Origin: an uncultured Candidatus Rokubacteria bacterium
Lineage (GTDB): Bacteria; Methylomirabilota; Methylomirabilia; Rokubacteriales; CSP1-6
Reading direction: 5' to 3'
Assembly: GCA_963762145.1 (NCBI GenBank)
Contig: CAVXJS010000014.1
Span: 512,001-576,000 of the forward strand
Length of the DNA: 64,000 bases
Shown here: positions 37,139-45,430 of the stretch, one piece after another
Numbering within the stretch: the first letter of the stretch is position 1
Layout: every line of letters begins with the position of its first letter
Notes under the pieces: generated by a model
What the model saw: only the letters and a program-made list of their open reading frames with translations
Database searches by the model: none
What the model was told of the DNA's origin: nothing
Translations under genes and position numbers: made by a program

Positions 37139-38332
37139 CTAGGTCGCGCCGTCGGCGGCGAGCGCGCGGATCTGCTCCTCGGTGTAGCCCAGCTCGGCGA
37201 GGATCTCGTCGCGGTGCTGGCCCAGCAGCGGCGACGGGCCGATCGTGGTCGGCGAGGCGGAGAGCTTGATCGGGTTGCCCACCGTCACGTAGCGCCCGCG
37301 CACCGGGTGCTCGACCTCCACGATCATCTCGCGCGCGAGCAGGTGCGGATCGGCCAGGACCTCGCCGGTGTCCAGGCAGGCCCCGCACGGCACCCCGGCC
37401 TCGCCCAGGATCTTCATCACGTCGTGCTTCGGGCGCTCGGACGTCCAGCCTTCTATGAACTGGTTTACCTCGTCGCGGTGAGTCCAGCGCGCGTCCGGCG
37501 CCTCGTAGCGCGCGTCGCCGATCAGGTCCTCGCGGCCGATCGCGCGGAGCAGCGGATGCCACATCTGCTGCTGCACGAAGATGAACACGTAGTCGTTGGG
37601 GCCGCCCGGGTGGCAGCGGTACGTCGTGCCCGGCACGCCCGCCCCGAGCTGGTTGCCGGTGCGCTCCATGACCTTGCCGAAGCGCTGGTGGTCCCGCAGG
37701 CTGACCCGGATGAGATTCACCACCGCGTCCTGCATGGATACCTCGACCCGCTGTCCCTGGCCGCTGGCGTGACGCTGCATCAGCGCGGCGAGGATGCCGA
37801 TCACGCAGTGCATGCCGGTGCCGGAGTCGCCGATGGACGGCCACGCGAAGGTGGGCGGACCGCCCGGAAAGCCGGTGACGCTCATGGCCCCGCCCATCGC
37901 CTGGGCGATCGGCTCGTAGCTCTTGTAGTCGCGATAGGGTCCGTAGGAGCCGAAGCCCTTGATGCTCGCGTAGACCAGGCGCGGGTTGAGCGCGCGGACC
38001 GCGTCGTACCCGAAGCCCAGGCGCTCGATGACGCCGGGCCCGAAGTTCTCCAGCAGCACGTCCGCCTTCCCGAGCAGCGCGCGGAAGACCTCCTGGCCGC
38101 GCGCGTGCTTCAAGTTGAGCGTCAGGCTCCGCTTGTTGGCGTTGAAGGACAGAAAGAACAGCGCGTCCTCCCCGGGCCGGTCGCGCTGGGAGTACCGGGC
38201 CACGTCGCCCTTGCCCGGCTCCTCGACCTTGATCACGTCGGCGCCCAGCCACGCCAGCATCTGGCCGCACGAGGGCCCCGCCTGGTTGTTCGTCACGTCG
38301 ACAACTCGGATGCCTGCGAGCGCCTTGTCCAT
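37139..38332 (-). CDS. Family III CoA-transferase (formyl-CoA transferase-like)
   Basis: QAGPSCGQ, LGADVIKVE, NKRSLTLNLK, ENFGPG, GDSGTGMH. Confidence 0.92.
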   Translation of the reverse strand: MDKALAGIRVVDVTNNQAGPSCGQMLAWLGADVIKVEEPGKGDVARYSQRDRPGEDALFFLSFNANKRSLTLNLKHARGQEVFRALLGKADVLLENFGPGVIERLGFGYDAVRALNPRLVYASIKGFGSYGPYRDYKSYEPIAQAMGGAMSVTGFPGGPPTFAWPSIGDSGTGMHCVIGILAALMQRHASGQGQRVEVSMQDAVVNLIRVSLRDHQRFGKVMERTGNQLGAGVPGTTYRCHPGGPNDYVFIFVQQQMWHPLLRAIGREDLIGDARYEAPDARWTHRDEVNQFIEGWTSERPKHDVMKILGEAGVPCGACLDTGEVLADPHLLAREMIVEVEHPVRGRYVTVGNPIKLSASPTTIGPSPLLGQHRDEILAELGYTEEQIRALAADGAT

Positions 38333-38427
38333 AGGCCGCATGCTTACCACAGCCGCCGGTGCGGGTCGAGGCCCGCGCTTGACGAGCCCGCCGGCGCGGC
38401 GCACCCTGCGCCCGATGCGTGAGCCCG

Positions 38428-40137
38428 ATGCGTGACAGGAACGATGCCCGCGCGCTCGCGGTGGTCGAGCGCCTGGCCGCCCAGGGCGCCGACGAGCCGG
38501 GCGTCGCGGTGTCGGTGATCCGCGGCGGCGACGTCATCGTGCGGCGGTACGCCGGGCTGGCCGGCCTCGAGCCCCGGATCCCGATCGGTCCGGCGACCCG
38601 CTTCCACATCGTCTCGGTCTCGAAGACGTTCGTGGCCGCGGCGGTGCTCGTGCTGGCCTCGCGCGGGGCGCTGCGCCTCGACGACGACGTCCGGCGATAT
38701 ATTCCAGAGCTGCCGGGGCCAGGGCCGGACGGGCCAGCGCCGGCCCGCGCGGTCCCGGTGACGATCCGGCATCTGCTGTCGATGACGAGCGGCCTGCGGG
38801 ACGTGCTCGAGATCGAGCGGCTGCGCGGCGTCTGGACGTCCGCCCCGTCGAGGACGCGGGAGCTGCTCGACCTGGCGTACCGGCAGACCGCGGCGAGCGC
38901 GTCGCCCGGCGCGCAGTACATGTACGCGAACGTGAACGTCCTGCTCCTGGACGAGCTGATCGCGCGCGCGAGCGGCATGCCCGCCGACGCCTTCCGGCGC
39001 TCCGCGCTCTACGAGCCCCTCGGTCTGGCCGCGACGATGGCGCGCCCCCACGACGGGCTCCGCATGCCGGACCTGGCCGAGCCCTACGTGCCGGATGGCC
39101 GCGGCGGGTGGTCCCGGTCCCACGATCTCCTCGGCATCGCGGCCGACCCCCTCACGACCACGCTCGACGACCTCACCCGCTGGCTCCTGGCCCTGCGGAC
39201 CGGCACGGTGAACGGGGTCGCGGTGACCGCCGCGATGGCCGATCGGACGCGGTTGCAGGACGGCACGCCGATCCACTACGGGCTCGGCCTGGCGGTGCGG
39301 CGCTATCGCGGGCTGACCGTGCTCTGCCACACCGGCAGCCAGCCCGGATACAAGGCCCACGTCGCCTACGTCCCGGCGCGCGACCTCGGGGTCGTGATTC
39401 TCTCGAACCGGGAAGACACGCAACCGGCGGCGCTGGCCGCGTCGATCATGGCGGCGCTGATCGGCGACGACTTTCCCGGGCCGCACCCGGCCGGCGCGGC
39501 CGGCCGGCGCTCCCGGCAGATGACGGCCGCGGAGCGGTCAGCGGTGGAAGGCGGCTACGTGAACGTCGAGACCGGGGAATGGGCGACGGTCGCCGTCGAG
39601 GGCGGCGTCCTCCGGGCGGAGACCCTGGGCGACCCGCTGGTGCTCTACGACGAGGGCGGCGGCGTGTTCCGGGACGGTGACGACTACCGGGCCACGGTGC
39701 CCGCCGAGCTCCGGATCGAGCACGGCCCGCGCCCGGGCGACGTCACCGCGCGCCTGGATCTGGGCGGCCAGCGCATCGCGCTGCGCCGGTGCGGCGCGCC
39801 TCGCTATGCCGCCGAGGTGCTCGGGGCCTTCGCCGGCCGCTACGAGAGCGCGGAGATCGCCAGCCGGCACGCGATCCGGGCCCAGGATGGCGCGCTGACC
39901 GTCGAGTACGGTTCCGGCGTGGACCACGCGCGGCGGTTCGCGATGGAGCCTATCGCACCGGACATCTTCCTCGTCCGCCCGACGGCTCCGGGCATCGCGT
40001 ACCGGCACGTGTTCCGGTTCGAGCGCGACCCCGACGGAGCCGTCGTGAGCGCTGTCGTGACCATGGAGCGACTGAAAGGCGTGAGGCTCCGGCGCGTGCC
40101 CGGCTACTTGCCCTCCAGCGCGGCGAGCGGCGCGTAG
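38428..40137 (+). CDS. Serine hydrolase, beta-lactamase class C/D-aminopeptidase family
   Basis: SVSK, HLLSMTSGL, YMYAN, HTG. Start uncertain (38419 or 38428). Confidence 0.88.
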   Translation: MRDRNDARALAVVERLAAQGADEPGVAVSVIRGGDVIVRRYAGLAGLEPRIPIGPATRFHIVSVSKTFVAAAVLVLASRGALRLDDDVRRYIPELPGPGPDGPAPARAVPVTIRHLLSMTSGLRDVLEIERLRGVWTSAPSRTRELLDLAYRQTAASASPGAQYMYANVNVLLLDELIARASGMPADAFRRSALYEPLGLAATMARPHDGLRMPDLAEPYVPDGRGGWSRSHDLLGIAADPLTTTLDDLTRWLLALRTGTVNGVAVTAAMADRTRLQDGTPIHYGLGLAVRRYRGLTVLCHTGSQPGYKAHVAYVPARDLGVVILSNREDTQPAALAASIMAALIGDDFPGPHPAGAAGRRSRQMTAAERSAVEGGYVNVETGEWATVAVEGGVLRAETLGDPLVLYDEGGGVFRDGDDYRATVPAELRIEHGPRPGDVTARLDLGGQRIALRRCGAPRYAAEVLGAFAGRYESAEIASRHAIRAQDGALTVEYGSGVDHARRFAMEPIAPDIFLVRPTAPGIAYRHVFRFERDPDGAVVSAVVTMERLKGVRLRRVPGYLPSSAASGA

Positions 40138-41708
40138 TCCGCGGTGGTGCCGTGCCCGCCCGCGAACTTCGCGGGCGCGATGCCCGCCTTCTTCACGCCG
40201 GTCACCAGCGAGGTCAGGGCCGGGTTCAGCTTGTCCGGCAGCGGACCGGCGCCGGGGCTCCAGATATCGGTCACGAAGCCGAGCTTGACGTCGGCGACGT
40301 AGCCGATCAGCAGGCCGTCCGCGTGCGGGTTGGGGTCGAGCACGTAGAGCTCCACCTGGCGCGTTCCGTCGGTCAGCACGTGCTTGCCGGTCACCTCGAC
40401 GATCGGGGTGCGGGTGAGGTCGCTCGCGGTCATCACCGGGTTGCGCGTGAACGGCGCGGCGAGCACGCTCTTGTAGTGGGCGGCGGTGCCCTGGCCGGCG
40501 ACGATGGTGGCCCCCGCGTCGGCGTAGGCGCGCAGGCCGCCCGCGTGGTCCATGTGGTGGTGCGTGAGCACGAGGTACTTGACCGGCTTGCGCACGTACT
40601 TGCCCCGCGCGGCGCTGATCGTCCAGGTGGACTGCCAGTCCGAGACGGGAGCGTCGAACACGATCACGTAGTCCTTCATCTCGACGATCAGGCTGTTGTG
40701 CGAGCCGCCCACCACGTGCTGGACGCCGGGGGCCAGCTCCTCGAGCTTCAACCCGGGCGAGGCCTGCGTATCGTAGCTCGGCTGGTCCGAGTCGAGGTAC
40801 GTGCCGATGAACTGCCGCCGGATGATCCACTGGTACGGCACCCCGGCCGCCGCGGCCCGTCGGGCGGTGGCCAGGAAGGGGGCGGGGATCGCGAAGCGGT
40901 CCGCCGCGACGGGCGTGTTCACGGTGATGTCGCTGAGCTTCACGTCCATCACGGTGCGGCCGTTCAGCTCGTACTTGCGGGACGCCGCGATGCGGGTCGT
41001 CCCCACCGTCTGCCAGTCGGCCAGCACCAGGTCCCAGGTCACGTCGCCCCAGATGTTGTCGTAATCGAGCGCGCGCACGCGGGCGGGCAGCCCGGTGGCG
41101 GGGTCGAAGAGGACGGTGAGGGTATGGCCGCCCACCCGGTAGTCCACCGCGGGATGGGAGACGCCGCCGACGGTCACGCTCGGCGCGCCGGCGACGCGGT
41201 CCGGGCTCTTCGACATGTCGAACGCGAGCAGGGGCGAGGCGGCGAGCAGCTCGCGCTGGACGGTGGCGAGCCGGAGGCTCGACATCGAGTGCGCCGGCGG
41301 GGTCGCCTCGCGGCTCTGCTTGGTGCGGCCGTTGCTGTCGATGCCGGCCACGTAGCCGGCCTCGGGCGTCACGATCTCGGTGAACGTGAAGGTGCGCGGG
41401 GCCGGGTACTGGAAGTTGCGCACCCAGTCCATCCGCGTGGCGCCCGCGGCCACGTCGGTGACCGCGACCACCGTCGAGTCGCCGGCCAGGCGCATCTCGC
41501 CGCCGGCCTTGGCGGACTGCTCGGGCTCCCACTGCCGCACGGTCGCCTTGTAGGAGATGGTCTTGACCGCGGCGAGCGCGTCGGCGCCGCCCTGGGCCGT
41601 GACGGCGCGGGTCACGAGGTCCTTGCCGCCGGACTGCATGGACGCGCAGGCCGCGACCACCATCGAGACCGCCAGCGACACCACGAGCATCTTCGAGAAG
41701 CGCTTCAT
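40104..41708 (-). CDS. Exported (lipoprotein) MBL-fold metallohydrolase
   Basis: Signal ending VAAC; THHHMDHAGG, PHADG, GGHG. Confidence 0.88.
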   Translation of the reverse strand: MKRFSKMLVVSLAVSMVVAACASMQSGGKDLVTRAVTAQGGADALAAVKTISYKATVRQWEPEQSAKAGGEMRLAGDSTVVAVTDVAAGATRMDWVRNFQYPAPRTFTFTEIVTPEAGYVAGIDSNGRTKQSREATPPAHSMSSLRLATVQRELLAASPLLAFDMSKSPDRVAGAPSVTVGGVSHPAVDYRVGGHTLTVLFDPATGLPARVRALDYDNIWGDVTWDLVLADWQTVGTTRIAASRKYELNGRTVMDVKLSDITVNTPVAADRFAIPAPFLATARRAAAAGVPYQWIIRRQFIGTYLDSDQPSYDTQASPGLKLEELAPGVQHVVGGSHNSLIVEMKDYVIVFDAPVSDWQSTWTISAARGKYVRKPVKYLVLTHHHMDHAGGLRAYADAGATIVAGQGTAAHYKSVLAAPFTRNPVMTASDLTRTPIVEVTGKHVLTDGTRQVELYVLDPNPHADGLLIGYVADVKLGFVTDIWSPGAGPLPDKLNPALTSLVTGVKKAGIAPAKFAGGHGTTADYAPLAALEGK

Positions 41709-41859
41709 GGGTTCTCCCTCCCGGGAAGTGTGGGTGGCGGCACAGTACCCGGGCGCGCGCGGAACTGTCAAGCCGGCGCCCCCCACCGCACGCCGAGAGC
41801 GTGATCTTGCGATAGGATATGCGCCGGACGGCAGGCCGAGGACGCGTGGGGGATAGCGT

Positions 41860-43374
41860 GTGAGAACCGGCAGCGAGTACCGTGACGCCCTGCATGACGG
41901 ACGCCGGGTCTGGGTCATCGGCGAGGGGCTCATCGAGGACGTGACGCTTCACCCGGCCACGCGGCCGATGGTGGACGAGTACGTCGCCTGGTACGACCGC
42001 CACCACGACCCCGCGTGGCAGGACGTCCTGCTCGCCCCGTCCGACGGTAGCGGCCCGCGGACCCCGTGGGCCTTCGCGCTGCCGAGGACCTCGGCCGATC
42101 TGCGCGCGATGGGGCGGAGCTACGCCGAGACCATCTTCCTGACCGCGGGCAACATGACCCACACGCCCGGCTACGGGAACCTGATCGCCCTCGGCCTGCT
42201 CGACGTGGTCCAGCAGCGCAACGTCTCGCCGGAGCAGATCGGCGCCGCGGCCGCGTATCGCGATCTGATCGTCCGCACCGGCCGCTTCCTGACCTTCTCC
42301 GCGGGCGCCGCCACCATCGGTTACCGGCTCCGCGAGGACGCCGATCAGCGGGCGGCGCTCCGGGTCGTCCGCGAGACCGGCGCGGGCCTCGTGCTGAGCG
42401 GCAAGGTGGGGATGCACACGAGCCCGGTCTACGCCGAGGACGTGTACATCGGTGCGCACTCCGGAGTGGACCGCGACGGGCACCGGGCCACGTTCGTCGT
42501 GCCGGTGAACGCGCGCGGCGTCACGGTGGTGTGCCGGAAGATCTCGGCCCGCCACGCGAACCCGTTCCTGGCCCCGCTGAGCAGCCGCTTCGACGAGCTG
42601 GACGGGCAGATGTGGCTCGAGGAGGTGCTGGTCCCGTGGGACCGGGTCTTCCTCACCGAGGCGTCGCCCGACCCGATCGCGGCGTGGTGCTTCTGGCATC
42701 AGCTCTACGCCTGGCTCGCCAAGGCCGAGTTCACGCTGGGGCTCGCGCTCGCCTGTGCGCACGCGATGGGGCTCAAGGATCACGAGCCGACGATCGAGCA
42801 CCTGATGGATCTGGTCGTGGACGTGCAGACGGTCCGGAGCTGCCAGACCGCCGCGGAGCTCGACTCGGACGTCTCGACCGCGGGCTACTCCATGCCGGGC
42901 CGGGGCCACGTGGCGGCGGGCAGCATCGCCATGCAGAAGGCGCGGCAGCGCATGGCCGAGATCCTCCGGATCGTGCCGGGCTCGTCGCTCGTGGTGGCGC
43001 CGTCCGACAAGGACCTGACGTCCCCCGAGGTCGGGGCCGGGTTCGAGGAGTCCTTCGGCGGGGGTCAGTACACCGCGCTGCAGCGCGCGGCCCTGCTCCA
43101 GCTCGCCGCCGATCACGTGTCCTCGGCCCTCGACGGCCGCGAGTCGGCCTTCGAGCTGCACGCCAACGGGGGACTCCTGGCCTGGCGCGCGCGGCTCCGG
43201 CGCGCATTCACCGGGTACAACGCGCTGGCCAACGGGGTGCTCCGCTCGCTGGGCCTCGACATGCCCGCGATCGACCTGGACGGTCTCCGGGCCATCGCCC
43301 TGCCGCAGCGCCGGCCCGTCGCGCCGCCCGCCGCCGCCCCGGGGCGGGCCCCGGAGCCGCCGCGATTGGGATAG
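41860..43374 (+). CDS. 4-hydroxyphenylacetate 3-monooxygenase (HpaB)-family flavoprotein
   Basis: MRTGSEYRDALHDGRRVW, DVTLHPA, PLSSRFDELD, VLVPWDRVF. Confidence 0.88.
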   Translation: MRTGSEYRDALHDGRRVWVIGEGLIEDVTLHPATRPMVDEYVAWYDRHHDPAWQDVLLAPSDGSGPRTPWAFALPRTSADLRAMGRSYAETIFLTAGNMTHTPGYGNLIALGLLDVVQQRNVSPEQIGAAAAYRDLIVRTGRFLTFSAGAATIGYRLREDADQRAALRVVRETGAGLVLSGKVGMHTSPVYAEDVYIGAHSGVDRDGHRATFVVPVNARGVTVVCRKISARHANPFLAPLSSRFDELDGQMWLEEVLVPWDRVFLTEASPDPIAAWCFWHQLYAWLAKAEFTLGLALACAHAMGLKDHEPTIEHLMDLVVDVQTVRSCQTAAELDSDVSTAGYSMPGRGHVAAGSIAMQKARQRMAEILRIVPGSSLVVAPSDKDLTSPEVGAGFEESFGGGQYTALQRAALLQLAADHVSSALDGRESAFELHANGGLLAWRARLRRAFTGYNALANGVLRSLGLDMPAIDLDGLRAIALPQRRPVAPPAAAPGRAPEPPRLG

Positions 43375-43418
43375 GATAGGCAACCGGCAGGCACCGCAGG
43401 CCACATCGGACCGGAGGC

Positions 43419-44429
43419 GTGATGTCGCAAGGTCGGCTCGGGCAAGGGAACGCGATTCCGCGCCGGTCCGTGCTCGCCCTGGCTCCGGGGCTGGTGGCCC
43501 TTGGCGCCTCCCGCGCGCTGGCCCAGCGCCCGCCCCGCCAGGCCCGCATCGGATGGCTCGGATACGTCAATCCGCCGGACCCGGGGTTCGAGAATCTGCG
43601 GCAGGGCCTCGCGGAGCTGGGCTACGTCGAGGCGAAGGACTTCGTGCTGGTCCCGCGCTTCGCGAACGGCGACTTCACCCGGCTGCCCGCGCTGGTCGAC
43701 GAGCTGCTGGCCGAGCGCCTGGACGTGCTGGTCTCGCGCGGCCCGTCGACCGACTACCTCAAGCCGGCCCGCACGCGCGTGCCGGTGGTGTTCGCCTACA
43801 GCGGCGACCCGGTGGCGGCCGGATTCGCGGATAGCCTGGCCAGGCCCGGCCGCAACATGACCGGCATCACCTTCATGGCGCTCGAGCTCTCCAGCAAGCG
43901 CGTCGAGCTGCTCAAGGAGCTGGTGCCGCAGGCCACGCAGATGGCGCTGCTGTCGAATCCGGAGCACGCAGGCGAGCTGGACGAGTACCGGGTGACCGAG
44001 GACGCGGGCCGCCGGGTGGGCGCCACCATCACGCGGTATCTGGCCCGGAGCCCGGTGGAGCTGCCCGCGGTCATGGAGAAGATCCGCGCGAGCCGTCCGG
44101 GGGCGATGATCGTGTTCCCCGATTCGCTCACGCTCGTCCGCCGGCAGGAGATCGCCGAGTTCGCGGCCCGCGAGCGGATCCCCAGCATGTTCGGCTGGAC
44201 CGAGTTCACGGACGCCGGCGGCCTCGCGAGCTACGGGCCGGGCGTGGTCGACAGCTTCAAGATCCTGGCGAAGTTCGTGGACAAGGTTCTCAAGGGAGCC
44301 GACGCGAACCTGGTGCCGATCGAGCAGGTGAGCCGGATAAAGCTGACGATCAACATGGCGGCGGCGCGTCGGATCGGTCTGACGGTGCCTCCGTCGATCC
44401 TGGTCCGGGCCGACCGCGTCATCGAATAG
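43419..44429 (+). CDS. ABC transporter substrate-binding protein (ABC_sub_bind type), standalone
   Basis: GLAELGYVE, DPVAAGFADSLARPGRNMTG, KRVELLKELVP, GGLASYG, ILVRADRVIE. Confidence 0.9.
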   Translation: MMSQGRLGQGNAIPRRSVLALAPGLVALGASRALAQRPPRQARIGWLGYVNPPDPGFENLRQGLAELGYVEAKDFVLVPRFANGDFTRLPALVDELLAERLDVLVSRGPSTDYLKPARTRVPVVFAYSGDPVAAGFADSLARPGRNMTGITFMALELSSKRVELLKELVPQATQMALLSNPEHAGELDEYRVTEDAGRRVGATITRYLARSPVELPAVMEKIRASRPGAMIVFPDSLTLVRRQEIAEFAARERIPSMFGWTEFTDAGGLASYGPGVVDSFKILAKFVDKVLKGADANLVPIEQVSRIKLTINMAAARRIGLTVPPSILVRADRVIE

Positions 44430-44443
44430 CAGAGGAGAAGCTC

Positions 44444-45430
44444 ATGGCCGAGCGCGAGCTGACGTACGGGGAAGCGGTCAAGGAAGCCATCGCGGAGGAG
44501 ATGCGCCGGGACCCGAGCGTCTTCATCATCGGGGAGGACATCGCCGAGGCCGGGCATCCGTTCAAGACCCTGGTCGGACTGGTGCAGGAGTTCGGCACCG
44601 AGCGCGTGATCGACACCCCGATCTCGGAGCCGGGCTACGCGGGCATCGGGGTGGGCGCGGCGATGACCGGCATGCGGCCCATCGTCGACGTCATGTTCGG
44701 CGACTTCATCACCCTGACCATGGACCAGATGGTCAACCAGGCCGCCAAGGCGCACTACATGTCGGGCGGCAAGATCAGGGTGCCGATCGTCTTCCGCACC
44801 ACGCTCGGGGCCACCCGCCGCTCCGCGGCCCAGCACTCGCAGTCGCTCCACGCGTGGGTGAGCCACGTGCCCGGCCTCAAGGTCGCGCTGCCCTCGGGCC
44901 CCTACGAGGCCAAGGGGCTCATGAAGACCGCGATCCGCGACGACAGCCCGGTGGTCATCTTCGAGGACAAGATGATGTACCGCGTGAAGGGCCCGGTGCC
45001 CGAGGGCGACTACACGATCCCGTTCGGGGTGGCCGAGACCAAGCGGGTGGGCAAGGACATCACGATCGTGGCCACCAGCAGCATGGTCCCAGTTTCGCTC
45101 GGGGCCGCGAAGCTTCTGGAGGACGCCGGCATCAGCGCGGAGGTGATCGACCCGCGGACCACGTGGCCGCTCGACAAGCAGGCGCTGATCGACTCGGCGA
45201 AGAAGACGTCGCGCGCCCTCGTGGTGGACGAGGGCTACGAGCGCTACGGGGTCACCGCCGAGATCGCCGCGGTCATCGCGGAGGGCGCCTTCTACTACCT
45301 CGACGCGCCCGTGAAGCGCATGGGCGCGATGGACGTGCCGGTGCCGTTCTCGCCGGTGCTCGAAGACCTCACGGTGCCGTCGGAGCAGACGGTGTTCGAG
45401 GCCGCCAGAGCCCTCTGTCGCAAGGCGTGA
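44444..45430 (+). CDS. 2-oxoacid/acetoin dehydrogenase E1 beta subunit
   Basis: GEDI, RVIDTPISE, AAQHSQS, PGLKV, EVIDPRT, LDAPVKR. Confidence 0.95.
   Translation: MAERELTYGEAVKEAIAEEMRRDPSVFIIGEDIAEAGHPFKTLVGLVQEFGTERVIDTPISEPGYAGIGVGAAMTGMRPIVDVMFGDFITLTMDQMVNQAAKAHYMSGGKIRVPIVFRTTLGATRRSAAQHSQSLHAWVSHVPGLKVALPSGPYEAKGLMKTAIRDDSPVVIFEDKMMYRVKGPVPEGDYTIPFGVAETKRVGKDITIVATSSMVPVSLGAAKLLEDAGISAEVIDPRTTWPLDKQALIDSAKKTSRALVVDEGYERYGVTAEIAAVIAEGAFYYLDAPVKRMGAMDVPVPFSPVLEDLTVPSEQTVFEAARALCRKA

Noticed and set aside
38428-41708. Antibiotic-resistance pair (serine and metallo beta-lactamases)
   Set aside because: Both are long, general hydrolase-fold proteins without features of true class A-D enzymes; their 34-bp convergent overlap is unremarkable.
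39538-43404. Very long alternative-frame and antisense ORFs (1288 aa here; also 17925-20924, 17954-21481, 32509-35820, 202-1845)
   Set aside because: Arg/Gly/Ala/Pro-rich shadows of real genes, expected at this GC content. Only sub-segments such as the RidA tail are genuine.
44854-45426. N-terminal extension of the histidine kinase ORF, and a kinase-lipoyl fusion in ORF 45582-48170
   Set aside because: Shadow frames; the real starts are GTG 45427 and ATG 47871, each overlapping the upstream stop.
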